DNA of 64,000 bases, taken from the IMG/VR virus record IMGVR_UViG_3300014664_000015, positions 11,996 to 75,995 of that record. The stretch is one strand, 5' to 3'. The translations under genes and the position numbers were made by a program. This document shows, piece by piece, positions 1 to 9,212 of this stretch (positions within the stretch are counted from its first letter, which is position 1; every line of letters starts with the position of its first letter). The notes under the pieces were generated by a model, which saw only the letters and a list, made by a program, of their open reading frames with translations, was not told the DNA's origin and made no database searches. The stretch is from a virus. Taxonomy: Duplodnaviria > Caudoviricetes.

Positions 1-141
1 ATAGACCGCCGGGGTGGCCAGCCCGGTAAAGCGGGGCACGTTTTTTTCCGGGTAGGCATCGGCGTCACGCACCCACGCAATTTTTTTCAGCGCGCCGGTG
101 ACAGCATCGTGATACTGCCCCAGCAGTAATGGCTCAGCCAT
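1..141 (-). CDS. Phage tail protein, 5' part only (tail completion/terminator-like by position)
   Basis: ATG at 141 (MAEPLLLGQYHDAVTG...), open to window edge, follows the gpZ-like gene. Confidence 0.6.
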   Translation of the reverse strand, partial: MAEPLLLGQYHDAVTGALKKIAWVRDADAYPEKNVPRFTGLATPAVY

Positions 142-149
142 AGTCCACC

Positions 150-812
150 TCAGACAGAAATACGGGCTTTCACACGCCCGCGCAGATCGGTTTCAAAGTG
201 ATGCATAAAAATCTCCATCGCCTCCGCAAAGGCATTATCCTCGATGTAGTTCAGCATCGGCTCATAAATATCGACTTCCGCTTCGCGGGTACGACGGGTA
301 TCCGGATCGCGAATAACCACCGTCCGGCGGTTTTCACGGCGGGAGCGCGCCACTTCCCCGTTTTCAAATGTGCGCGGGGATAGCAGGCTGCCCTTTGGGG
401 TGAATCCGGCGTTTTCTGCCTGGCGCCGCGCCTTTATATACCACCCGGTGGATTTATCCCGCCGGGTATGGTGAGGCCTGACCCGCCCGTTAATCCTGCC
501 TTTCAGGTCTTTTACCTTGATGGCATTGAGACCAAACCAGAGACGAAAATTATCCAGTTGTGACTGAGAAGCGCGCTCAAGACGAAAGGAAAGCAGACGC
601 CGGCGCACCAGATCCAGGCTGCGCGGCGCCAGCCCGTCTTTCAGGTCAGCCATCGCTTTTTTACGTAAGGTAGCGGCGGTACGCTTCAGCGCACGGGAAT
701 ACGCTGCCCGAAACTGTTTATGGGTGGCACCGATGTGCTCCGCTATCCGCCAGATGGCATCCACATCGATATCGACGGGCAAATCCCGCCGCAGTCTGGA
801 CTCACGCGCCAT
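150..812 (-). CDS. Minor tail protein Z-like
   Basis: Basic ORF MARESRLRRDLP..., position after head-tail joining gene; start reassigned from 902 to 812 to remove overlap. Confidence 0.7.
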   Translation of the reverse strand: MARESRLRRDLPVDIDVDAIWRIAEHIGATHKQFRAAYSRALKRTAATLRKKAMADLKDGLAPRSLDLVRRRLLSFRLERASQSQLDNFRLWFGLNAIKVKDLKGRINGRVRPHHTRRDKSTGWYIKARRQAENAGFTPKGSLLSPRTFENGEVARSRRENRRTVVIRDPDTRRTREAEVDIYEPMLNYIEDNAFAEAMEIFMHHFETDLRGRVKARISV

Positions 813-813
813 A

Positions 814-1170
814 TCAGCTCCACTTATTGATGTCCGGCTGCACCTTACCCGGTGCGCCATACGCCAGCGTGACGCGGGTGCGGCCTTCTTCATCAGCACC
901 AATGTGCGTCACACGATAGGCCATGCCGTTGATCTCCACGCCGTGGTGCTTCTCAAGCCCCACGATATCAGCGGTCATCGCGCTGAAGGCCGGAGAGCGA
1001 TCCTGAATTTGCCCCCCGCCGGGCACGTCAACCGGGGCATCAGGTGTCTCGAAAATCACAGTAACAGGACGCAACTCAGCGCCGACAGACAGGACAGCAG
1101 GCACCTCTTCGGCAAATGCCCGGGATATCCGGGCATCCGCTTTTAACAGGCGTTGTCGAAAGCGGTTCAT
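814..1170 (-). CDS. Head-tail joining protein (gpFII-like)
   Basis: 118 aa, synteny after DUF2190 gene. Confidence 0.65.
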   Translation of the reverse strand: MNRFRQRLLKADARISRAFAEEVPAVLSVGAELRPVTVIFETPDAPVDVPGGGQIQDRSPAFSAMTADIVGLEKHHGVEINGMAYRVTHIGADEEGRTRVTLAYGAPGKVQPDINKWS

Positions 1171-1505
1171 CAGTAACCAAGCCGGACCGGAACAGAATCC
1201 GCATCCGCCGCCGCCTCAGCCCAGGCCGTGCCCGCCAGAGGATTCGGAGCCGCCTCCTCACCCGCTTCCGCAGTCAGTTTACCGTCGGCCAGATAGAGCT
1301 TCTGACCGACAGTGACCGCTTCCGCTGCCTTTGGCAGGACGAACACCCCCGTGGTATGCAGCACGCCCCACTGCCCTGCCGGGATGTCATCGTGAGCGAC
1401 GCCCACCAGTGCCCCAGAAAGCACGGCATCGCCTGAGTGAATATTGGTCGCACCGGTATTCTGAAAATCAAGAGTGTTGCCGTCCTGCTGATAGTTATTC
1501 GCCAT
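1170..1505 (-). CDS. DUF2190-family capsid cement/decoration protein
   Basis: MANNYQQDG...GVFVLPK...V.LG pattern, directly after capsid gene. Confidence 0.85.
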   Translation of the reverse strand: MANNYQQDGNTLDFQNTGATNIHSGDAVLSGALVGVAHDDIPAGQWGVLHTTGVFVLPKAAEAVTVGQKLYLADGKLTAEAGEEAAPNPLAGTAWAEAAADADSVPVRLGY

Positions 1506-1553
1506 GTCTTTTCTCCATAAGAGGATAAGGCGGCCCGCGCCGCCTTCAGGGAT

Positions 1554-1575
1554 AAAAAAACCGCCAGAAGGCGGT
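1554..1575 (-). terminator. Rho-independent terminator after capsid gene
   Basis: ACCGCC-TTCT-GGCGGT hairpin followed by T7 on minus strand. Confidence 0.7.
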
Positions 1576-1577
1576 CG

Positions 1578-3698
1578 TTATTTCTTGGTGACTTTAACCA
1601 GACCACGCCAGTCAAGCGGGGCCACACCCGCATCAATGCGCACCTTGAATGCGGCGCCGTCAACAGTGAAGCCCTGCTGCTGCTCCAGATACGGCGTATC
1701 AATACCATCCAGGTACGCCACTTCAATGGTGTCGCGTCCTTTTGCAGCCGCCAGGTAATAATCAGTCGGGCTGCTGTCATCCAGTCGTGCTTCTGAAAGT
1801 ACTGTGGCAAAGTTCCGGATCGGGTTCTCAATACCACTATTGGCATCTGCCCCCGGCACACTGGCGGATTTGATAAGCTGATTAGCACGGGACTCAATAG
1901 CTACCGGCGTCAACGCAAAAGCCGGACGGATATTGAGATGACGATCGCCAGATTTCTGCAACAACATCGCCTTACGTCCATCATCCAGTCCTTCAATGCT
2001 CAGGTCAGCCGCTATCAGGTTGCCATGGTCAGCATGGAACAACGGTTTGCCATCAGACATTTTCGGATTGCTGGTCAGAACTGCCCACACCAGATCGCCC
2101 ACGGTCGCACGTGCCGCACCACCCATGGCATATGGGATACGGGTCAGCGTATCCATGTCATCGTTGATGATGGTCTGCCGATCGATACTAAACAGTTCGC
2201 CGTAAGTCGCCAGCGCAATGGGTTCACCACGATCTTTCATGGTGACATACTTATATTCCGCTCCGGCACGGACCTTGCGAAGGGTCGGGAAAGATTCCAG
2301 ACCAGCACGATGCGCGGTTTTGAAGTCAGTCAGCGTGCCCTTACGGGTCCACTGGTCAAAGGTTTCGCTGGCTTCATCCCAGCCCAGCAGCGCGGCTTTA
2401 TGCGCCACATCCATCAGGATATTGCCAAAATCGCTGCTGCTGTGAGTGAATGCCAGCCCCACCATTGCCAGTGGAGAACCGTAGCCGGAGATACCAATCC
2501 CGCGATCCACAAGGGAAGCTCGCGCCAGCTCACGCAGGGTATAGCCGTTGTAGGCGTTATCCTTCTCGGCCTGCGCATAGCCCGCGCGGCTCATTACCGC
2601 AGCGCGAATGGAATCACCGACCAGATTGCCGTTTCCGGCGTAAAGATGAATAGCGCCAGGACCGGCACTCGGCGTAGTCCCTGCCGCCAGCGCCTGGAGG
2701 AGCCTGTCACGGGCTTTTTCCGCCGTGCAGGAGAAGTCGGCCAGACACTCCGCCTTCAGCGTCGCGAAGGTCGGGAACGCCTCAAAAACAGCGGAAACCG
2801 TGTTCACGCGTTCCGCGTTTGCCGTCTGCATCTGCTGTTGCAGCTGCTGGGCCAGCGCAGTGATATCGATATTAGTCATCTGCTGCGCGGGCTGTTGTGG
2901 CGCTGGCGGGTTCAGGTTCGCCTGTACCGGCGCAGGCTGCTGTACCGGAGCAGGCTGCTGTGGCTGATTCACCGGAGCTTCGGCGCGCGGCGCAAAAAGA
3001 GATTTAATCTGTTCTGGCATGTTCTGGTAATCCTTCAGTTTATTTTCATTCACACAGGCCGCAGCCTGTAGTTCAGGTTCAAGCGTGTCAGCGAAACCTT
3101 TCTCCACTGCCTCGGCCCCGTTAAGCCAGGTCTCCGCTTTCAGCATCGCTTCCAGTTCCTCCTGCCCCAGTCCGGTTTTATTTATATAGGCGCTGAGCAT
3201 CAGGGCTTCGTTACGATCAAGCCATGCGGCATAATCGCGCATGTCATCAGAATCCCCGGCGATCCCGCCCCACGGTTTGTGGACCATGATCCAGGCGTTT
3301 TCCGGCATGTGCACCGTGGCGCCGGGCAGGCAGACAATCATCGAGGCCATGCTGGCCGCTACCCCGTCTACCCAGATATCCACTTTCGCTTTCAGCCGCG
3401 ACAGGGTGTTGTAAATGGCAAATCCCTGCATGACATCGCCGCCGGGGCTGTGGATATGCAAATCCACCGCGCTGGCGTCAAACACTCCGGCTTCTTTACA
3501 GTCCGCGACGAACTGCTGGGCCGTGATGCCCCAGCCGCCGATCACGTCATAGAGGAAGATTTCGACGCGCCCGGCAGACAGCGCGCGGATTTCGTACCAG
3601 CACTGACCGTTTGCCGCATCGACACCCGCCAGGCTGGCGCGGGGGTTAATCATCATCGTCCGGCTCGCGCCGATCGTCTTTTGGTTTTGCCGTTGCAT
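1578..3698 (-). CDS. ClpP-like prohead protease-major capsid protein fusion
   Basis: IHSPGGDV, GVAASMAS and MVHKPW Clp motifs at N-terminus, capsid-like C-terminus; start at 3698 has AAGGAG SD. Confidence 0.92.
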   Translation of the reverse strand: MQRQNQKTIGASRTMMINPRASLAGVDAANGQCWYEIRALSAGRVEIFLYDVIGGWGITAQQFVADCKEAGVFDASAVDLHIHSPGGDVMQGFAIYNTLSRLKAKVDIWVDGVAASMASMIVCLPGATVHMPENAWIMVHKPWGGIAGDSDDMRDYAAWLDRNEALMLSAYINKTGLGQEELEAMLKAETWLNGAEAVEKGFADTLEPELQAAACVNENKLKDYQNMPEQIKSLFAPRAEAPVNQPQQPAPVQQPAPVQANLNPPAPQQPAQQMTNIDITALAQQLQQQMQTANAERVNTVSAVFEAFPTFATLKAECLADFSCTAEKARDRLLQALAAGTTPSAGPGAIHLYAGNGNLVGDSIRAAVMSRAGYAQAEKDNAYNGYTLRELARASLVDRGIGISGYGSPLAMVGLAFTHSSSDFGNILMDVAHKAALLGWDEASETFDQWTRKGTLTDFKTAHRAGLESFPTLRKVRAGAEYKYVTMKDRGEPIALATYGELFSIDRQTIINDDMDTLTRIPYAMGGAARATVGDLVWAVLTSNPKMSDGKPLFHADHGNLIAADLSIEGLDDGRKAMLLQKSGDRHLNIRPAFALTPVAIESRANQLIKSASVPGADANSGIENPIRNFATVLSEARLDDSSPTDYYLAAAKGRDTIEVAYLDGIDTPYLEQQQGFTVDGAAFKVRIDAGVAPLDWRGLVKVTKK

Positions 3699-5166
3699 CT
3701 GGCATCGCTCCTTTGTCGTTGGCGGCGTCAGAATCAAACACCAGCCCGTGTTGACGGTTAAACTCGGTTTCACGCAGTCGCTGGCGTTTAACCTCCTGCG
3801 GGTTTTTACCCCGCGCCCGTGCCCATTCCGCTTCGGTACCAGCACCGCCACGAACAATGGCTTTCCAGGCATTAGCCTCTTTACCCGGATCAATCCACGG
3901 CATCACCGGGCCAAGATAAAGCGCGTTATATAGAGAATTCGGATCCACATCCGGCGGAACTTCAACGCCGCTCAGCAACGCCATCGCCAGCCATGCGCGG
4001 TAAACGGGCCGGCTGTGCTGGCCGACAAACCACTGTTGCAGGACGTTGTACCCTTCGAAGCTCTCCACCAGCTCCTGACGCTGGGAGCTGTAGGTGCCGT
4101 TATAGTCCCGGGCAATGCTGGAATAGCTGCCGCGCGTGCCTGCGGCCACGGCCCGCATCTGTCCGTTTCGGAATTCATAGAGGTGAACATTCGGGCGATT
4201 TGATTCCACCATGCCCAGGTCTTCACCCGGGCGCAGATCGTCGTAAATCATGCCCGGGGCGATATCGTAATGACGCTGGCCGCCAGGAGGTGAAAACTCC
4301 CCGTCATCACCAAGAGACTGCGCATCACCGCGCTTGATATAGAACCCCAGCGCGGCGGCAATACGGGCGGCGACGCGTTCACTCTCTTCATAATCCTTGA
4401 TGTCAGAAAGACGGGTAATGACTCCGTGGATCAGGCTGATACCGCGCAACTGGTGCAGACGCTTGCGCTGCGCAAGGTGAAGCATGTTTTCAGCTGAGAC
4501 GGTTTTAAGTTCAGCGCTGAACCGCGTCATATTTGCCGGGTGGTACTTGTAAACGCGGTAGCCGACGGGACGTCCCCAGTCGTTCACAATGATGCCCTGG
4601 CGAACCTGCTGGCCGGCGGTGCTGTTAAGGTTGAACGGAACAAAATCCGCCTCCAGCATTTCCAGCGAGAACGGTACGGAGGTGGAATGTTGCAGACCCG
4701 GCACATTCCCCCTGACCAGTTGCGTGAACACTTCCCCGTCACGCAGTGCTGAACGCAGCAGCAGGCGTTCGGCTTCCGGGCGGGTGAACATGCCAGTCAC
4801 CTCAGGACGCACGGACCATTCAGCCCAGAGCGCCGAAAGTTTCCCGGCGAAATCGGAATGAAGATTCCCCTCCAGATCGAGGGGCTGAGGCTCAACATGG
4901 ATCCCGTTGGCACCAATCACCCGGTCTTCCATTTTGTCGAACAGGCCGATCACCAGATCATGGTTTTCATCAAGCCACCGGGCCTGTTCCCGCAGGGACT
5001 GACCTGCTGCAAACACAGAGGTGTCCGCCGACTGGCTTTGCTTTTTCGCCTTGTGCAGCCGTGACGGATTTGCCGCTTCATACGCATTAAGCCGGAGACG
5101 ATCCCGCTCGCGTGCCGCGGCCCACCCGGGGGAAATTGCCCTCAGTGTTCTTTCAAGAATGCCCAT
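3646..5166 (-). CDS. Portal protein, lambda family
   Basis: 506 aa; RDGEVF, QLRGIS and PWIDP.KEA motifs. Confidence 0.93.
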   Translation of the reverse strand: MGILERTLRAISPGWAAARERDRLRLNAYEAANPSRLHKAKKQSQSADTSVFAAGQSLREQARWLDENHDLVIGLFDKMEDRVIGANGIHVEPQPLDLEGNLHSDFAGKLSALWAEWSVRPEVTGMFTRPEAERLLLRSALRDGEVFTQLVRGNVPGLQHSTSVPFSLEMLEADFVPFNLNSTAGQQVRQGIIVNDWGRPVGYRVYKYHPANMTRFSAELKTVSAENMLHLAQRKRLHQLRGISLIHGVITRLSDIKDYEESERVAARIAAALGFYIKRGDAQSLGDDGEFSPPGGQRHYDIAPGMIYDDLRPGEDLGMVESNRPNVHLYEFRNGQMRAVAAGTRGSYSSIARDYNGTYSSQRQELVESFEGYNVLQQWFVGQHSRPVYRAWLAMALLSGVEVPPDVDPNSLYNALYLGPVMPWIDPGKEANAWKAIVRGGAGTEAEWARARGKNPQEVKRQRLRETEFNRQHGLVFDSDAANDKGAMPDATAKPKDDRREPDDDD

Positions 5167-5174
5167 AGAACGCC

Positions 5175-5390
5175 TTACAGAAAGTTAGCGAGTTTGTACG
5201 AACCACCACGGCTGTTGACCGCGCGCCAGCGACGCTCCCAGTATTCGAGCTCATCGCGCAGCGCCTTCGGATCGTGGTTGGTAATGGCGCGACCGTTTAC
5301 GCCGGTGAAAGAGATACTCTTGCCGTCCAGCGAGTCCTGGTAGGCCTGGCGTACCATCACCAGCGTTCTCCAGATGTCGTCTTTCTTCAC
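5175..5390 (-). CDS. Head-to-tail joining protein (gpW-like)
   Basis: 71 aa between terL and portal. Confidence 0.75.
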   Translation of the reverse strand: MKKDDIWRTLVMVRQAYQDSLDGKSISFTGVNGRAITNHDPKALRDELEYWERRWRAVNSRGGSYKLANFL

Positions 5391-7507
5391 AGCCAGCCTC
5401 CTCCCCTACCGGAAGATCCCAGCCAGCTGCCGGAAAGCGTGTTTTCTTTCTCAGGCTCAGCCCTGACTTGTGGCTGAACGGTTTTGTTTTTTTTCACGGT
5501 AATCTCCCTGGGGCGTTCCCCTTCATGAATATTTGGGTTGTGATCCTGCGGCTCAGCCCATGCAGGAGGTTTTTCCCAGTCGCGAATTTTTTCGTAGCCG
5601 CGCAGAACCGCGACGGCGTGGGCATAGCAGAACAGGTCAAAGGCTTCGTTGGCGCCCTTGCCTGGCTTACGCCATTTGCCATCCACGCCGCGCTCTTCGT
5701 AGGTCAGTTCCTCATAGAACCATTCCCCCAGCCAGTCGGGAAAATGGATATAGCCTGCTCCGGGAGTCTCACGATCAAGGTTATTGCTGAGCTGATCTTT
5801 GAGCAGGTCGGTTTGCAGCAGATACACCGGCACCTCGCCACGCGCATCAGCGCGACGGTCGCTGCGTTCGGTATTATTCGGGTGAGTTTTGGTAATAATT
5901 TTCTGGCGTTTTGTGCTGTCGCCCTTGATCAGATAGACACGCTTACCCAGACCATCCCGGCGACACTGGCGCCAGAATTTATAGGCATTATCTGTCACCC
6001 CTTCCTCACCGCCGCTGTCGACGGCCATGGCCAGCACCGGCATACGCCGCGTCGGATCAGACTGAAGTGCGTAAGTTTTTTCCAGCACATCGGATACAAG
6101 CAGCAGCCAGTCCTCCGGATACGCGCCGGGGTGGACTGGCTCCGCCTCGCCATGTTCATTGCAGCGCAGGGACTGGCGAATGTTGTAGCGATCCACAAGC
6201 CAGCGTTCACCGTTTTCGCCATAACCAATTATCTGCACGACGAAACGGCGCTTTTTCCCGCCCTGAACGTCGACGGCTGCCAGCAGGAAACGCACCTTCG
6301 GCGGTACCAGGCGTTTACCGTAATCCTCCGCACGCTGCATCAGCACATCGGCGCGTCGCTGTTCGCTGGCCGAGCGCGGCAGGTACGGCAGCCCCCAGTC
6401 GGTGTTGATAACCGCCTTGAGGGTTTCTTCGCTGCCGGTAGCCTCATACTCCTGCTCAGCCGTAAGCAGTTTGTACACCAGCTGCGCCCAGGTCTGGTAC
6501 GCGGCTGCGGGCCCCTCCATCCAGAACGACGCTATGCGCGAGCGTCGCGGCTCACCGGAAATCTTGCCGTCCCGGTCAATACTCTGACCTTCACGCAACC
6601 AGACACCCACCCCGTTAAGCTCGCGCTTTTTATCTGCGGTGATAATGGTGCTGCAATGCGGACAAAGCAGATGAGCCGACTCACTGGCTTTTACCGGATC
6701 AGGTTCATCGCGGTATCCGGTCATCGCCTCCATCGCAGGCTGAAAATATTCACCACAATGCGGGCACGGCCAGTACCAGCGACGGCGATCCCCACGGTTG
6801 TACAGAGAAAGCGCGCCTGTCGTTGGTGGTGCTTCATGGGGAGACTTCCGGCGCCATTTGCTGTCGCGAATGTCCCGGCCTGGCGAACACTCCACCAGAG
6901 TCATCCCGGCGGACATAAAGGTGGTGGTACGCTTGGAAGCCAGGGTAAAACCGTCACCCTCGCCGTCGATGTCCTCAGGGAAGCGGTCATAATCGGTGAG
7001 CGCTACACATTTGAAATCTGACGAGGACATGATGTTGATGGAAGGCCAGCCAATCTTGAGATAGTTGCCCGCCAGAAATGTACGATCATGCACGTTGTTG
7101 TCGTTTCGCAACGGGCTCAGGCGTTTCGCCACTTCAGGACTGACACGAAACGTTCTCGCCAGACGTTTTTTAGAGTGCTCACGCGCTTTCTCTTCGGTCA
7201 TCTGAACGACGAGCATATCGGACGGGTCACAGACAATGTTGTATACAACCCAGCCATCCACCAGGCCGATCGTTTTCCCCGTTCGTGCCGGTCCAACAAA
7301 CACCACCGCATCGTATTCACGCATCGCGAGGCAGTTCATCGGCTCTATCACATAGGGAGCGACAGCAGGGTCCCACGGTACCGAGTTACCGGCTCCCATA
7401 GGTACGCGCATAAATTTTTGAACCGCCTCAGCCACAGGCATACGGCGCGGGGCTTTGAGAATGGCGGAAGCGTTACGCCTGACTTCCGCTGCCGTGGCCT
7501 GTCGCAT
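5387..7507 (-). CDS. Terminase large subunit, gpA family
   Basis: Walker A-like GPARTGKT, CPHC zinc motif, AVDVQ nuclease motif. Confidence 0.95.
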   Translation of the reverse strand: MRQATAAEVRRNASAILKAPRRMPVAEAVQKFMRVPMGAGNSVPWDPAVAPYVIEPMNCLAMREYDAVVFVGPARTGKTIGLVDGWVVYNIVCDPSDMLVVQMTEEKAREHSKKRLARTFRVSPEVAKRLSPLRNDNNVHDRTFLAGNYLKIGWPSINIMSSSDFKCVALTDYDRFPEDIDGEGDGFTLASKRTTTFMSAGMTLVECSPGRDIRDSKWRRKSPHEAPPTTGALSLYNRGDRRRWYWPCPHCGEYFQPAMEAMTGYRDEPDPVKASESAHLLCPHCSTIITADKKRELNGVGVWLREGQSIDRDGKISGEPRRSRIASFWMEGPAAAYQTWAQLVYKLLTAEQEYEATGSEETLKAVINTDWGLPYLPRSASEQRRADVLMQRAEDYGKRLVPPKVRFLLAAVDVQGGKKRRFVVQIIGYGENGERWLVDRYNIRQSLRCNEHGEAEPVHPGAYPEDWLLLVSDVLEKTYALQSDPTRRMPVLAMAVDSGGEEGVTDNAYKFWRQCRRDGLGKRVYLIKGDSTKRQKIITKTHPNNTERSDRRADARGEVPVYLLQTDLLKDQLSNNLDRETPGAGYIHFPDWLGEWFYEELTYEERGVDGKWRKPGKGANEAFDLFCYAHAVAVLRGYEKIRDWEKPPAWAEPQDHNPNIHEGERPREITVKKNKTVQPQVRAEPEKENTLSGSWLGSSGRGGGWL

Positions 7508-7510
7508 GAT

Positions 7511-8026
7511 TTACTCCTCTTCTGGCATATCCTCCTGTTCTGGTGAGTCGGCCTGCTCAACTTTGAGAGCTATCTGGTCGCGCAGATCGTCAATAACCTG
7601 CTGCACCCTGACAACTGCGGAAGGGGTCATGGCGCAGTCTCGTTCAAGAATGTCGGGTAACGTCTCCAGCACCTGAACCATTGCTTTTGCCATGGAGGAA
7701 AATTCTCTGGTGACTTCTGACGCCGGGATCAGCTCCCCTGTTTCCTGCTGAAACTTGAGCCTTTCACGCTCAGACTGAAACCAGGCTTTACGATCGGGGG
7801 GAAGCATTTTGTCAACGTCCACCAGCTCCGACGGTGTGGTACTCGTCAGCAACTCCCTGAGGATATCGGTGATGGCATAAAGCTTAAGTTTCGGATTGCT
7901 GCCCGGTGCTGGCTGAACATTTGCAAGCTTGCTCGCGACCGTCTGGCGGTGCAGATCGGTAATGGCTGCCAGCTGCGTGATATTCAGCCGGAAATTTTTG
8001 AGTTCGTTATCCATGATGGTGAACAA
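7511..8026 (-). CDS. Terminase small subunit (Nu1/DUF1441-like)
   Basis: N-terminal HTH (ITQLAAITDLHRQTV), directly upstream of terL. Confidence 0.88.
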   Translation of the reverse strand: MFTIMDNELKNFRLNITQLAAITDLHRQTVASKLANVQPAPGSNPKLKLYAITDILRELLTSTTPSELVDVDKMLPPDRKAWFQSERERLKFQQETGELIPASEVTREFSSMAKAMVQVLETLPDILERDCAMTPSAVVRVQQVIDDLRDQIALKVEQADSPEQEDMPEEE

Positions 8027-8132
8027 AAAATAGTCATTTCGACATCCTGCTAATGATCAGGACTGAAATATCAAGAGGTTAAACAGATGATGATGAAACC
8101 CATAAAATGCAAAAAACTAGCCGTTTCCCGCG

Positions 8133-8144
8133 TGTCCTCGCCCC
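8133..8144 (-). other. Candidate cosN cohesive end of prophage 1
   Basis: Minus strand G^GGGGCGAGGACA^CGCGG parallels lambda G^GGGCGGCGACCT^CGCGG; cosQ-like AGGTACT 22 nt upstream; just before terS. Confidence 0.7.
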
Positions 8145-8207
8145 CTCGGTGTTCATAATCGCCAGGAGTACCTTTGCCAAATGAGAGATATTGTCGTTTG
8201 AGTGCAT

Positions 8208-8232
8208 AAAAAAGCCCCGCATGAGCGAGGCT
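8208..8232 (-). terminator. Terminator after DUF2513 gene
   Basis: AGCCTCGC...GCGGGGCT hairpin plus T run. Confidence 0.7.
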
Positions 8233-8256
8233 GCAATAAAGATGATGAAGTGCTTT

Positions 8257-8664
8257 TTAAGAATTAAGGATATTGTCTATTTTTTTCTGAACGAAACCAT
8301 CAAACAATCGCTTTGAGACATCTACTAATGTTCCGATGCTGGCATCTTTGAAGCCATTTTTAACTGTATTCCACACTTCTTTGTTTCTTAGAGCTTCCAG
8401 GAAATCATGCCCATTTGCTGTCAGGCGTAACGGTAACACCCCCCACGAACCACCATCATCAGAACCTTCGAAATAACCGAATCCATATTTCCCATCTGTT
8501 CTGGCTATTAGATTGCGGTCGTCTAACAAGCGCATATGGAATAAAAATTCCTCCGTCCTGTAGTCAAAACCTGCTTCCTGAAGTTTTCTGATATTTGTTT
8601 GTGGCTCACCAGATGCTTCAAAAGCCTCCAAAAGACCTTTCAGATATTCATGATTGATTTTCAT
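8257..8664 (-). CDS. DUF2513-like moron protein
   Basis: LRLTANGHDFLEALR..EVW motif; AT-rich gene between lysis and packaging modules. Confidence 0.75.
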   Translation of the reverse strand: MKINHEYLKGLLEAFEASGEPQTNIRKLQEAGFDYRTEEFLFHMRLLDDRNLIARTDGKYGFGYFEGSDDGGSWGVLPLRLTANGHDFLEALRNKEVWNTVKNGFKDASIGTLVDVSKRLFDGFVQKKIDNILNS

Positions 8665-8697
8665 AAAATCCCCTTCACGAGTAAGTGTTTAATCTAG

Positions 8698-8734
8698 CAC
8701 TATCACAGGCATTCAATAAATGCCTGCTGCAATG
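8698..8734. repeat. Hairpin motif (CATTGC-A-stem-loop-GATAGTG on minus strand), copy A
   Basis: CAGGCATT/AATGCCTG 8-bp stem; ends resemble the copy at 9213-9248. Confidence 0.55.
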
Positions 8735-8774
8735 TCTATATCCCGTTTAGGCGATTTAAATAGCAATTGACATT

Positions 8775-8797
8775 AAAAAACCGCCATGCGGCGGTTT
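8775..8797 (-). terminator. Terminator closing the non-coding cassette
   Basis: AAACCGCC-GCAT-GGCGGTTTTTT. Confidence 0.85.
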
Positions 8798-9143
8798 GTA
8801 AAGGTGAAAGGCAGACCAAGTTAACGCGAATTATTAGCTTGTTCAGGTATCCCGACCAGTCCTAAACCGGCATGGGGCCGAACAATCCAACGTCACCTGA
8901 GCCCCTTGGCTTTTCATGCATTAACCAAACAGCGTGACCTGTAAGGCGGGAGACTCCAACGTCCCAGACGCGGGTGGTAAAACTCTCAAGATGGTCGCCC
9001 ATCCCGGAAATTCTCCCTTCTCATTAGCCTTTCGATTTCTGTTACCCCTGGCTCAGGAACCCTGATGTCACGATCAACGGTTGCTTAAGGGGAAGTCCAA
9101 AAACTGGGTCAAAAAGACCTCCTTGAACTTTCCGTGGGTTAAC
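8775..9143 (-). ncRNA. Candidate large structured ncRNA (RNase P specificity-domain-like)
   Basis: No ORF of 60 aa or more; TATTAT -10-like hexamer just upstream; long closing helices; nested stems with a GNRA loop; ends at a terminator. Confidence 0.6.
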
Positions 9144-9212
9144 AACCAGATAATATAAAAAAATAATCTAATTGCATAGTTCCATCGCCAAAGGAGTCCG
9201 TCTAAAGATAAT

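Noticed and set aside
1938-3071. 377-aa plus-strand ORF
   Set aside because: Antisense shadow of the Clp-capsid gene.
1578-3698. Protease-capsid fusion as a novelty
   Set aside because: Known architecture in Gifsy-like lambdoid prophages.
3699-3893. N-terminal extension of the Clp-capsid ORF in the track
   Set aside because: Lies deep in the portal gene; the better SD-supported start is 3698.
5468-7021. 517-aa plus-strand ORF
   Set aside because: Antisense shadow of terL; no recognisable motifs or SD.
8862-9002. 46-aa ORF (MGDHLESF...) inside the ncRNA candidate
   Set aside because: Start codon is buried in a stable GNRA hairpin, the peptide is featureless, and it does not explain the upstream half of the cassette. 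Not fully excluded.
8820-9143. CsrB-like sponge, retron msr-msd, tmRNA, group I/II intron or type III antitoxin readings
   Set aside because: Only about 3 ANGGA motifs; no reverse transcriptase in the window; no tmRNA ends or tag; no intron catalytic motifs; the repeat is only a 9-mer present twice.
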